In this document: piece by piece, positions 10,835 through 22,690 of the stretch
Numbering within the stretch: the stretch's first letter is position 1
Layout: every line of letters starts with the position of its first letter
NCBI RefSeq assembly: GCF_006345805.1
Contig: NW_021836367.1
Coordinates: forward strand, 1 to 30,457
DNA length: 30,457 bases
Reading direction: 5' to 3'
DNA from: Octopus sinensis
Taxonomy: Eukaryota
Position numbers and translations under genes: made by a program
Notes under the pieces: model-generated
The model's input: only the letters and a program-made list of their open reading frames with translations
Told to the model about the DNA's origin: nothing
Database searches by the model: none

Positions 10835-10923
10835 TGATAGATAGAGAGAGAGAGAGAGAGAGAAAGAAAGAGGCAGACAGAGCCATGTATTTTGGATAAA
10901 CCAAACTATCCATGTACGTTTAT
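10274..10923 (+). repeat. Direct repeat: ~50-bp unique segments 10274-10323 and 10874-10923, each preceded by (TA)n(GA)n
   Basis: cagacagagccatgtattttggataaaccaaactatccat(t/g)ta(t/c)gtttat occurs twice, 600 bp apart. Confidence 0.9.
10323..10746 (+). mobile_element. Non-autonomous Helitron-like element
   Basis: The 5' end A|TCTCTCTCTATATAAACGGC is shared with 26055. There is a subterminal GC hairpin ACCCAGCGTTGCCGGGT and a 3' end CTAG|T. The TC...CTAG termini and A|T junction follow Helitron rules. Confidence 0.7.
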
Positions 10924-11522
10924 AAATAATAAAATACTATATGATAGTTAAATAATTAACCGCATGTGTACAGTATTAATATAAAAATGAAAGAATTTCA
11001 GAGAAGCTGTTTCCATTATCTCACTGAATATGTTTACAGAGTTAAAAGAAAAAAGCAGATTTGTGTTCTTTGTGTTATATAGAAATGTTCGTACAACAGA
11101 AGTCAGAGTTACTATACAAATAATTAAGAATTAATAAAACATGAACGAAAGATAAATAAAAGAAAAGAGAAGAGAGAGAAAATTAACGAATTTATTCTAG
11201 TGGTATTAATCTCAATGTCAAATTAATTTTAAGCTGCAATTCTAGACTAGAACAACTGAAACATCATAATTAATACACTATTGTTAATTATTTCAAATCT
11301 ATAAAATATAAAATCAATGCCAATTTCTATACCTCGATATTTTCGATTATTATCCGTCAACTGTTCTAAATTTATTCAGTGAATCTCAAATTTCGACTGA
11401 ACCGTTACAAATATCAGTGAAACAGGAATCGTCATGTTAACGCTGGTCATAGAAACCAAATTAATACTTAAATTTATTTTTAATTTGGTAATGCTTTTCG
11501 CATTTAAAGGCACCCATTTCAT

Positions 11523-11694
11523 AGGCGCAGGTGTGGCTGTGTGGTATCGATTCGGCAAAACAGCTCGATAGAATAAGTACCAGTCTTTAATAAAACTGTA
11601 GGTACTGGAGTCGACACATTCGACTAAATATTACTCAGGATGGTGCCCCAGCATGGTCGAAGTTTAATGAGTGAAACAAGTAGAAGGTAAAAAG
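11523..11694 (+). mobile_element. SINE family A variant: first ~24 nt of the head joined to a diverged 3' part
   Basis: aggcgcaggtgtggctgtgtggta is joined to ttcggcaaaa...gatagaataagtacc...ggtgccccagcatgg...gaaacaagta. Confidence 0.7.
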
Positions 11695-11927
11695 AAAGGA
11701 ACAGGCAGAAGAGAAGATAGATATAGATAGGTGTTTTTTTTTCTGAGATGATAGCCTAAATCTGAAAACGTAAAAGGAATTGATTCGATAAACAACTAGA
11801 CAAATCGAAAATACACTCTCAGTATTTTCACGGAAATGACCATCTACGTATTTACACATACATAAATGGACAGTTAAAAACACACACATAAACACACGCG
11901 CGCATGCAAAACCCTGGACGTACAAAC

Positions 11928-12539
11928 ATTCTTTTTTACTCTAGGCACAAAGCCCGAAAATTTTGGGGAGTGGGGCTAGTCGATTAGATCGATCCCAGTA
12001 ATTTATCGACCCCGAAACGATGAAAGACAAAATCAATCTTGGCAGAATGGGAAATCAGAGCGTAGCGGCAGACGAAATACCTATTTCTTTACTGCCCACA
12101 AGGGGCTACACACAGGGGACAAAAAAGGACAGACAAACGGATTGAGTCGACTGTATCAAACCCATTGTGTAACTGGTACTTATTTAATCGACCATGAAAG
12201 GATGAAAGGCAAAATCGACCACGGTGGAATTTGAACTCAGAAACTAGCGGCAGACAAAGACCTATTTCTTTATTACCCACTATTTCGCCCGGTGTGCTAG
12301 CATTTCTTATTTCTTTACTGCCCACAAGGGGCTAAACACAGAGATGAAAAACAAGGACAGTCAAACGGATTGAGTCGATTATATCGACCCCAGTGCGTAA
12401 CTGGTACTTATTTAATCGACCCGAAAGGATGAAAGGCACAGTCGACCTCGGCGGTATGTGAACTCAGAACCTAGCTGCAGACGAAGTACTGCTAAGCATT
12501 TCGCCCGGCTTGCTAACGTTTCTGTCAGCTCGCCGCCTT
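11928..12539 (-). mobile_element. SINE family C multimer (head + three body units)
   Basis: The head aaggcggcgagctg... is at 12539. Units end near 12307, 12081 and 11930, and the last carries a different tail. A putative 13-bp TSD is tggacgtacaaac (11915-11927) / tagacgtacatat (12540-12552), matching 10/13. Confidence 0.85.
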
Positions 12540-13216
12540 TAGACGTACATATATTAATAGATATTAAAAGTTAATTTTGGTATCGATATACAAACATTAT
12601 ATCCTATAAACTTTTCATTCGTAATTATTATTACTTTTTGCTGTAATTGCCATAGTAAGGCAATGTAATATATTCATCTAGATTTCGAAAATTATTTTCT
12701 TTCAATTTTTAAGAAAATAAAAACGAACAGTTTCTACACCAATTTAGCTGTCTAACTCTGAGATGCTAAAACTGAGCTATTTCCTCTTAACTCCACAATG
12801 ACTCTTAAGAAATAATAATAGAAATTGTTTTTAGAATATCAAAATTATAGAGAAAATAAATCAAATAAGAGATTGCGTATTATTCAAAATTGGGGAAGTA
12901 TATATATATATATATAAATCAACATAATGAGAAGGGGGGAATATATATGGAAAGAAAGGAAAAATAATGAAGAGAAGATTACTGTAATAGAAAGCTCCTT
13001 TTTTTTCTTCTTTGCCCTTCTCTTTCGATTGAACTCAGTAAACAATTACGTAAAGCTTATTGGGATCTTCTGCAAATTGAATGTTCCGATCTCGTAAGTC
13101 AGTAATAATTTATCACATAAGTGCGTGTTTGTACGTGTGTGTGTGTGTGTGTGTGTGTGCTGTAATATATAGATAGATAAATAGATGGATATGTTTATAC
13201 ATTCACATAGGCACGT

Positions 13217-13396
13217 GTGCATGTATATACGCGTTCATATTTGTATATGAATGCAGATATATATATATATATATTATTTATGTACGTACGTATTTACGTA
13301 TGTATATATATTTATGTATATATATGCATATTTATTTATGTATGCATATATATTTATGCATGTATATGCGTATATATATATAGAGTATATATGTGT

Positions 13397-13434
<38 letters not shown>

Positions 13435-13720
13435 GTTGTGTGGTGTTGTGTGTGTGTGTGTCTATACCATTATGCACATACCCAAACACTTATACATATA
13501 CATTCAATATTTACGTATACATATGTATACATATCGAATAAAATGCATTACATATCTATGTTATGGTATATATATATATAAAGTGTATATCATACATTAT
13601 ATATTCTATATATATATATATGATATATATGATATGTTATGATATAATGTAGTTCATATATATATATATATATATAGTATATATATATATACATACTATA
13701 CGCACATGTATATCTCAATC
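13217..13720. repeat. (TA)n/(TG)n compound microsatellite
   Basis: Seen directly. Confidence 0.9.
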
Positions 13721-14420
13721 TATTTATCTATTACCCCCTCTATGAATATTTATATATAAGCTTATTTGTTTGTTAGAATATGTGTGCGTTTGTGCGTATG
13801 TATATGTTTGTGTATATGTGGCGCATGCGCGTACGTGACCGTATGTAATGCCGTTTTGCAATTATATATATAACGATAGTATTCATATATTCATAAATAT
13901 TAGAAATGAATACTATTGATTTTCATTTGGTTTTTGAAATAGTATACGACGTTACATTGCCTACGAGTTATAGACTTACCAAACGATATAAAGTGCGCTT
14001 CGCTCAAACATTAATGCAGTTTATATTGCATTTAACTCATCGACAAATTATGAATATTATCCGTCTCCGCCACATTGTACGAGATATAGATATTAATGGT
14101 CATCTAGCTATCAGAGAGTATGATTGTATGACTAAATATGGCTCCACAGGAAAACTATTATTTCGACTACTCTTCATAACATGAAGAATATCGTACGCTT
14201 GTTTTTTTTTTTCTCCTTTTATATATTGCAAAAATATCTATACAGATTACGAGTAACTCGATATGAAATTAGTTTCTAAACATTTTGCATGCATACATAC
14301 GTGCATACAAACATCAAGGCGGTGTATGGGTTGTGATATTAGAAAGCTTTATAGAGTGCCTTGCAGCAGTCTTTGCTTCTTTCTGCACACTAAGTTCAGA
14401 TACCAGCTATGTCAAATCTG

Positions 14421-14799
14421 TGGAGGCGCAATGGCCCAGTGGTTAGGGCAGCGGACTCGTGGTCGTAGGATCGCGGTTTCGATTCCCAGACCGAGCGTTG
14501 TGAGTGTTTATTGAGCGAAAACACCTAAAGCTTCACGAGGCTCCTGCAGGGGGTGGTGGTGATCCCTGCTGTACTCTTTCACCACAACTTTCTCTCACTT
14601 CCTGTTTCTGTGGTACCTGTATTTCAATGGGTCGGCCTTGTCACTCTCTGTGTCACGCTGAATATCCCCGAGAACTACGTTAAGGGTACACGTGTCTGTG
14701 GAGTGCTCAGCCACTTACACGTTAATTTCACGAGCAGGCTGTTTCGTTTGATCGGATCAACCGGAACCCTCGTCGTCGTGACCGACGGAGTGCTTCCAT
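14421..14799 (+). mobile_element. Full-length SINE family B (head 1 + tail Y) with a perfect 14-bp TSD
   Basis: tRNA-like head with TGGCCCAGTGG A box and GTTTCGATTCC B box. The TSD CTATGTCAAATCTG is at 14407-14420 and 14800-14813. Confidence 0.92.
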
Positions 14800-14888
14800 C
14801 TATGTCAAATCTGCCGTTCGTCCTTTTCCAAATAAATTCGCAATGACCACGTCTGGAGAGGTGCTGCCTCTGCCTAAACAGACTTTGC

Positions 14889-14922
<34 letters not shown>

Positions 14923-15138
14923 GTCATTACAGATATAGGGTGAAATATAATTAATTTAATAAAATCAACAAATTTCACCAAGTAGTATTTCAGTATGGAA
15001 AAGGACCATATTCGGTAAAAATTTATATAATTATTATAAGTTTGTTTTTGCAACAAGTTGCTTAAACCACATACCGAAAGTTTTAGAAATAGCAGCCAAA
15101 AGACTACTATTTCCTTTTAAAACTCACATATATATAAA

Positions 15139-15228
15139 TTAGAAAAAAACACCCTTTATCAATTCAAAATGAAAAATTAAATTACACCATCTAGAAAATT
15201 ACATATAATAGAAATATTAAAATAATAA
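15139..15228 (+). repeat. AT-rich interspersed repeat, homologous to 24862-24950
   Basis: ttagaaaaaa...tttatcaattcaaaatgaa(a/t)aattaaattacaccatc(t/a)agaaaatta(c/t)atataatagaaa is shared between the two loci. Confidence 0.8.
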
Positions 15229-15360
15229 TATACCGTATCTATATTATTTATTATTTTGCAATTTACTTAATCATCTGTATATTATTGTAATTTTTCCCTG
15301 TAAGTTAGGAATAATATTCCCTCAAATAATTATTAAATATATATATAATTATATATATAT

Positions 15361-15391
<31 letters not shown>

Positions 15392-15978
15392 TATATATAC
15401 TATATATGCACCCCTACATACACAAACAACGCATACATACAGTCAACTTCATATCAAAACACACATACATATAGTTGGAAGCGAATCCGTTCTGAGTGCA
15501 ACTGTCACAACGTTGGATGCTTCTTTCGTATTACCATGGAAACTTTTCTAAATAACAGCAGCTGCTACCAACGGGGATGCATGTTAGTCCCAGAGTTTTG
15601 TAAAGTCTATTAGATCCCATATTCTAGCTACTTTTCGATAAACAGGTTTGATAATGTGATAATCCGTTGATCTAGCAAGCAGGGCCTCATTTCAGTGAAG
15701 GGGGAACCAGTGCGCATTGATGCCATCGAGGGGTACACCCCGAAACGGCGCGCATTCTCTCTTGATGACCCCATACACTTGCTGGTTTCCGGGATGCGGA
15801 GTTTTCTCGACTGGTAGCACCTGCACGTGCAAGATGTTTGCAAGAGAACTACGTGGGAACAGCAGCAATCACTCGAGCCGCCATCAAACATCGCTATTGC
15901 TTGGTAAAGAAGCGACCGATGCGTCTACGAGCACGTTTGCAATTAGAAACTCCAGCTTATTAAGCCTTCATTTTTCAA

Positions 15979-16285
15979 TGTGGCCTAGTGGTCAGGTTAT
16001 TCGGCTCGGGATCGTAAGGTTAGTAGTTCGATTCCTGGTGCTGCGTTGTGTCTTTCATCAAGATACTTTATTCCAAGTTGCACTAGTCAACGCAGCTGTC
16101 AAAAATGAGTATTACCAGAACTTCAAAAGGCTAGTCTTGTCACGTTCAGTCAAGCCGAATTTCCCTCAGAACCTCATTAAGGGTATTCGTTAATTTCACG
16201 TTAAATACACGTTAATTTCATGAGGACGGGATTCCGTTGATGTGATCAACTGAAACACGTGTCGTTATAATTGACGGGTGTTCCA
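15979..16285 (+). mobile_element. Older SINE family B copy (head 2 + tail Y)
   Basis: The head and centre match the 2573-2809 element (gatcgtaaggtt...gttcgattcctgg...gcgttgtgt...cagctgtcaaaaatgagta). The tail matches 14421-14799 (cagaac...ttaagggta...acacgttaatttca...gatcaactg). Confidence 0.75.
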
Positions 16286-16564
16286 GTTATTTTCAACTAC
16301 TCCCATTCCCTACGTGATATTTCCCCATAATGTGTTTTTCAAGGAATTCCAGAAATGCACCCGTTTTGCGCACAGAATTCCTCCTGGTGGAACAACTTTG
16401 GCTTAGACGCCCAGAAGCTCATAAATCTCAGCTTTTTTTCATTAGAATATACTACCCTTAGACAGATATTCTAATAAGAGAAATGAGTCCCCCAATCCCT
16501 GGTGGTGTTGGGCGTACAAGTTGATCATCACTCGTATGTCTATGTGACAACCCAACTGCGAGTC

Positions 16565-16746
16565 TAGGACATTTACTCCCGATGGACAATAACCTCACAA
16601 GGACATTCACCGCTGAGGACAACATATGATGATTGATGCTTCTTAATATATTGGAGAGGAGGTAATTAACTAAAGGGTATAATTGTCCTAGGGAGTAGTT
16701 GTCGTCAGTGGGAATTGTTCTTGGAGAGGGGGTTGTAATTGTCCTA
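16565..16746. mobile_element. Putative MITE with repeated subterminal GGACAA(T/C) motifs in inverted orientation
   Basis: The left end TAGGACATTTAC matches the reverse complement of the right end TAGGACAATTAC at 11/12. There are four GGACA motifs on the left and four inverted (A/G)TTGT(C/T) motifs on the right. Confidence 0.5.
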
Positions 16747-16833
16747 ATACAAATAGATCACATATATCGGTTTTTCTTGATGGGTTTCTTGTAACACTCT
16801 ACACTAAACAAAGAGGATAAATGTCCAACTTAG

Positions 16834-17251
16834 AAGGCGGCGAGCTGGCAGAAGCGTTAGCAGGCCGGGCGAAATGCTTTGCGGTATTTCGTCTGCTGTT
16901 ACGTTCTGATTTCAAATTCTGCCGCGGTGACTTTGCCTTTCATCCTTTCGGGGTCGAATAAATAAGAACCAGTTACGCACTGGGGTCGATATAATCGACT
17001 TAATCCGTTCGTCTATCCTTGTTTGCCCCCTCTGTCTTTGTCCCCTTGTGGGTGGTAAAGAAATAGGTATTTCGTCTGCCGCTACGTTCTGAGTTCAAAT
17101 TCTGCCGAGGTCGACTTTGCCTTTCATCCTTTCGGGGTCGAATAAATAAGTACCAGTTACGCACTGGGGTCGATACAATCGACTTAATCCGTTTGTCTCT
17201 CCTTGTTTGTCCCCTCTGTGTTTAGCCCCTTGTGGGTAGTAAAGATATAAG
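16834..17251 (+). mobile_element. SINE family C dimer (head + two ~183-bp body units) with a 13-bp TSD
   Basis: The head carries TGGCAGAAGCG (A-box-like). Units lie at 16883-17065 and 17066-17251, each with a (G)TTCAAATTC B-box-like motif. The TSD is ATGTCCAACTTAG (16821-16833) / ATGTCCCACTTAG (17252-17264). Confidence 0.92.
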
Positions 17252-18289
17252 ATGTCCCACTTAGTTGCCGACGAGCCAAACAAACAACAGAATGAACCTG
17301 GACTGCATATTACCAATAACATTTCAAGAACGACCGACCATATGTGTTTGTATCTTTGCTTGTGTGTGTGTGTGTGTGTGTGTGTCTGTACATACTTACA
17401 TGTATGCATTTTGAACGTAATCTGCTTTGGCAACACATGAAATGAAACAAAACTAATGGCCCCGATTATCAAAAGTCATTAAAAATGCAGGTAAATATAT
17501 CTTGATTTGACAATCCCTGCTATAATACGAACGTAAACTATCCGGGAAAGAATAAGAGGCGGAAATTCTGTATCAAAACCTAGGCTAATTGAAGAACTAA
17601 TGAACGATAACGAACAAAAGAAAGAGTTTGCAAAGAAGCCGACATCTTGTCGAATATACTTTAAGAAGCTACAACAAAATGAGTGCTTTCCACTGGTCTG
17701 CCGAGACTAAAACAAAATCTATATAGATTTTACTAGTAATTATTAAATTTGCTTTATTTTACAACATATATATTATTATAGAGTATATTATTAGGTATTA
17801 GATTATTAGATGTATACTAGTAATTATTGGGCAAGTTCTTTATGCCACAATTCACATATTAAGAAGCTGAGCTTTACCAAACCACACGGTTAATTAAGAG
17901 ACTTCAATTACAAGCCATTCATTGACTTGAAAATACGTAAAACATTCGAGAAATTTGGTTTCCAACATCTGCATATGCACATGCATAGGTGTAACCAGGT
18001 ATAAACACATGCGTATGTGAAAATGTACATACCTGTGCAGATAGATATTCATATACATGCATCTATCGAGATATATGTATGCTTATAATCATGTGTGTGT
18101 GTGGGGGGTGTTTCTGTGTGTTTGAGGGGGTCTACAGGACAATGAATGGCATCTAAATTCGCATGCAGAAGTTGTATTCTATTTGGCAATGAGGCGTTAT
18201 CGGTATTGCTGAGGTGTTCTGGAAAGATAGACTAAAAGTATATGCAGAAATACTGCGCACGTACATAAGAAGCATACATTCATGCATAT

Positions 18290-18316
18290 GTACATATCCA
18301 TACATACATGCAAACG

Positions 18317-18373
<57 letters not shown>

Positions 18374-18633
18374 TATATATATATACATATACTCGCGTAT
18401 ATGTGTGTATGTATATATATATACACGCATATATGTATATATATGTACAAATATATATTTATATAAATTATATATATACTCACACATATATATGTGTATA
18501 TAAAGGTATATATATATATATATATATATACGCACACATACACATATATATACGCACACATACATATATATATATACGCACACATACATATATATATTTA
18601 TATATATGTATACACACACACACATATATATAT

Positions 18634-18675
<42 letters not shown>

Positions 18676-18790
18676 GTATATGTTCGTTTGCATGTATGGA
18701 TATATGTGTGTTTACGTACGTAGGCATGAATGCATGTATATGAGTGTATGAATAACATGAGTGTGCGCATATTTGTAAGTGTGTATGCAT
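18290..18790. repeat. (TA)n/(CA)n compound microsatellite
   Basis: Seen directly. Confidence 0.92.
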
Positions 18791-19144
18791 GTACGTATAT
18801 TTGTCATGCAGAAAATCACTTCACATAAGTTGGTAGTGAAATAAAGAAGATCAGAAAGACAATTACGAACTACTAAAAGCGAGTAACGAGGAAAGTATCT
18901 TCTTATGTTTCAACGTCGTTGGAACATCAGAAAAGTACTCTAATTATTTACTTTTGACAATATAACAACTGATTTTAATTTTTACTGAGATGGACGTTGC
19001 TTTTCATTACTCTCGTAGATAAATAAGTAGCAATATCTGAAATCTATTCAATCAACTACACATTCACGTCAACCAATATTGGCCTTGTACTTATCAAAAT
19101 TTAATCAATAAGTTCATAGTCTCGTCATTGATATATAATTTATT

Positions 19145-19500
19145 CTATTAATCTATCTATCGATCTGTCTATCTATCTGTTCGTCTATCTATCTATCTAT
19201 CTATCTATCTGTCTCTCTGTCTGTCTGTCTGTCAATCAACCTACCTATCTATCTATCAATCTACCTATCTATCGATTCGTCTGTCTATCTGATTATCTAT
19301 CTATCTATATATCTATCTATTTATTTGTCTATCTATCTATCCATCTGTCTATCCGTCTGTGTTCAGCCCTGTATTGCTAATGAAGAAACATATCTATCCA
19401 TCTGTCTATCTGTCTCTCTGTCTGTATGTCTGTCTATTTGTATAACTATCTATCGTCTTTTTACTTATGTGCGTTTACATATCTTTATCTGTCTAAATAT
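19145..19500. repeat. Degenerate (TCTA)n/(TCTG)n tetranucleotide repeat
   Basis: Seen directly. Confidence 0.88.
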
Positions 19501-20615
19501 ATATTAATTTATCTGTCATACACACACACACAAACGCTCATATATTTGCGTGTGTATGCGTGCGATTGTGCTTGTACATATTCATACATATATGCTTACA
19601 CATCCGTGCATATATACGAATAGATTATACGTACATATACACATATATACGTGTGTGTATATATGAATGTATGTATGTATTACCTCTTTTGCTGCCTTTC
19701 TTCTAATTTGAAGGTTGTTAATCTATCATTTGAAAACTAAAAGACAGTTAGCTATGTCAAAGTTTTAAAATCTTCTGAAGTGGAGAACGAGACAAAGTTA
19801 TAAACAGTGAAGAAGCCGGAAAATCTGAAATACAGCAAAGAGAAAAAGAGAAAAATATCTTGCTCAAAATATCAATGAGATCAAATATTTACTAATAATA
19901 TCAAATTAATTGAGACGAAAATCTGCTTCATGAAATTTAATCAGTCATTTATGAACAAAATGCAAAGGCAAATAATTAATAAAGAAGAGAAAATGGATTG
20001 GCAGAAAGCAACATTGTGTTCGGAAACTTGAGAGGTTGAAAAAAAAAAAAAAAAAAAAAAATCACTCTCAAAATAATTGAATTTATTTGGTATCTGTATT
20101 TACGAATTTTTAATTCGTTTATTCCAATTCGTTATTAAAAAAGAATTATCCAAGCATACAACGTACGGACACTGAAACGAATATGTTCTGTTATACAGAA
20201 ATCTACTACCATGTATATACAAACACCGTTTCACTCTGTCTTTTACATTCACACAATCTCGCATTGAAATTATCTTATATATGCTTCTACAAACTCATAC
20301 ACCCACGACAAATACATTTATGAAGTTATTATGTATTTGCTTATTAATCATAGTTTTCAAATATAACTTTCAACTTATTTCCAAGAAGATTATCGTAAAT
20401 AAAGTCTATATTTGTGATATTTAACTTAAAAAGTAATTGATTTATATCTATACAAAAGCGTGTACGATTAGTAAGAAGTCTCTCGCTACGATTGGAAGTT
20501 CTCTGACACAAAGAAGATATTATATGTTATATATTCTCCATCAACTAAAACTGCAATAAGGTTTCGTTTCCTAGTTGTAGCTATTTGCTTGTATTAGTGT
20601 TAACTAATCTACTAT

Positions 20616-20993
20616 AGGCGTAAGAGTGGCTGTGTGGTAAGTAGCTTGTTAACTGCGTGGAACCTTGGGCAAGTGTCTTCTACTATAGCCTCGGGCCGGC
20701 CAAATCCTTCTGAGTGGATTTTGTAAACGGAAATTGATAGAAGCCCGTTGTGTATGTATGTATATATATACATATATATATATATATCTGTGTGTGTGTG
20801 TGTATGTTCCCCCCCCCACAATCGCTTGACAACCGATGCTTGTGTGTTTACGCCTCCGTAACTTAGCGGTTTGGCAAAAAAGACCAATAGAATAAGTACT
20901 AGGCTTACAAAGAATAAGTCGTGGGGTCGACCAAAGGCGGTGCTTCAGCATGGCCACACTCAAACAGTCAAATGATCGAAACAAGTAAAATAG
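20616..20993 (+). mobile_element. SINE family A with deletions in the B-box region and near the tail
   Basis: Family match, with joins gcttgttaac|tgcgtgg and ggggtcga|ccaaagg. Confidence 0.9.
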
Positions 20994-21020
20994 TGTTATT
21001 GAATAAATAAATAACTACGA

Positions 21021-21196
21021 CTAATGTATATATATGTATATATGTATATATATATATACACATATATATATATATACACATATATATATATTATACACTA
21101 TATATATATATATACACATATATATTATTATACACATATATATATATATATACACATATATATATATATATACACATATATATATATATATACACA

Positions 21197-21227
<31 letters not shown>

Positions 21228-21240
21228 CATCTATACATAT

Positions 21241-21294
<54 letters not shown>

Positions 21295-21413
21295 CATATA
21301 TATAATATATATACACATATATATATATATATATCCATATATATATATATATACAATACATATATATATATTTAATACATATATATATATTATATATATA
21401 TATATATATATAA

Positions 21414-21451
<38 letters not shown>

Positions 21452-21452
21452 C

Positions 21453-21488
<36 letters not shown>

Positions 21489-21497
21489 CATATATAT

Positions 21498-21533
<36 letters not shown>

Positions 21534-21535
21534 AC

Positions 21536-21594
<59 letters not shown>

Positions 21595-21636
21595 TATATA
21601 TATATATACATATATACATATATATATATATATATT
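21021..21636. repeat. ~615-bp interrupted (TA)n tract
   Basis: Seen directly. Confidence 0.95.
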
Positions 21637-21770
21637 GGGAAAGTTTACGAAAAAAACAAAAGACGAAGACAGGTGGTGTACAAAACAAACTGATGTATTA
21701 GTATAACGCTCAGGAATAGAAAAAAGTCTTTTATGTTTCGAGTCTACGCTCTTCTATAGAAAGGTTGCAT
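21636..21770 (-). mobile_element. Short repeat family HH2, second copy, with a degenerate hammerhead-like motif (21726-21764)
   Basis: The minus strand reads CTTT-CTATAGA-A-GAGC-gtag-ACTC-GAAA-CATA-AAAG, and stem I CTTT/AAAG is intact. Confidence 0.65.
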
Positions 21771-22116
21771 AAAAAAAAATAGAGTTCTATATAGAGTTCT
21801 ATTCTATGTATATTATTATGCAGATATATTACTGTCTACTGGCTCTACCTTATGTTCTATACTTTCCTTGATCACTCATTTTTTCTCTCCTTCTGTATCT
21901 GAGAAGACATTCTTCTAGCCTGTCGTTACCATATGGAAACAAAGATAAAAAAATGTGACGAATCTTAGAATCAAGAGTTTAAGGCATTATTGCTTTCATT
22001 ATAAATCTGTATTCTTTCAACCAAAATTGTAGAATTTTCATGATGGAGATATGAGGAGCAAAATGTAACTGTTTGACCTTAATTTTACGATAGTGAAAAA
22101 TATATTAAATATATAT

Positions 22117-22510
22117 AGGCGCAGTAGCTTGCTTACCAACCACATGGTTCCGGGTTCAGTCCCACTGCGTGGCATCTTGGGCAAGTGTCTTCTGCTATAG
22201 CCCCGGGCCGACCAATGCCTTGTGAGTGGATTTGGTAGAAGGAAACTGAAAGAAGCATGACGTATATATGAATATATGTGTGTATGTATGTGTGTGTTTG
22301 TGTGTGTGTTTGTCCTCCTAGCATTGCTTGACAACCGATGCTGGTGTGTTTACGTCCCCGTCACTTAGCGGTTCGGCAAAAGAGACCGATAGAATAAGTA
22401 CTGGGCTTACAAAGAATAAGTCCTGGGGTCGATTTGCTCGACTAAAGGCGGTGCTCCAGTATGGCCACAGTCAAATGACTGAAAAGAGTAAAAGAGAAAG
22501 AATAAAGAGT
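22117..22510 (+). mobile_element. SINE family A lacking 18 nt of the head (A-box region)
   Basis: AGGCGCAG|TAGCTTGC join. The remainder is near consensus. Confidence 0.92.
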
Positions 22511-22640
22511 ATATATCAAAGTCCAAGTATCTGATTCACTATAATTCCGCTATAATTTACTGCAAAAGTTAAAACATTTATAATTAGAAATTTTGCTTTT
22601 TGAAACATGAATATTATGAATTAAACTTATGATTATTAAC

Positions 22641-22690
22641 GGCGGTGCACCAGCATGGCCGGAACGCTGCGCTGAATCTACAGAAAACAA
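22641..22690 (+). mobile_element. Isolated 3'-tail stem-loop fragment (GGCGGTGCACCAGCATGGCC) related to the SINE A tail
   Basis: The 20-nt motif matches the SINE A tail, but the upstream sequence does not match SINE A. Confidence 0.5.

Noticed and set aside
13039-13093. Possible 55-nt exon (KQLRKAYWDLLQIECSDL) with a GTAAGT donor
   Set aside because: There is only faint resemblance to the receptor amino-terminal domain, and the phase does not fit the 24206 exon. Without RNA-seq it is unsupported.
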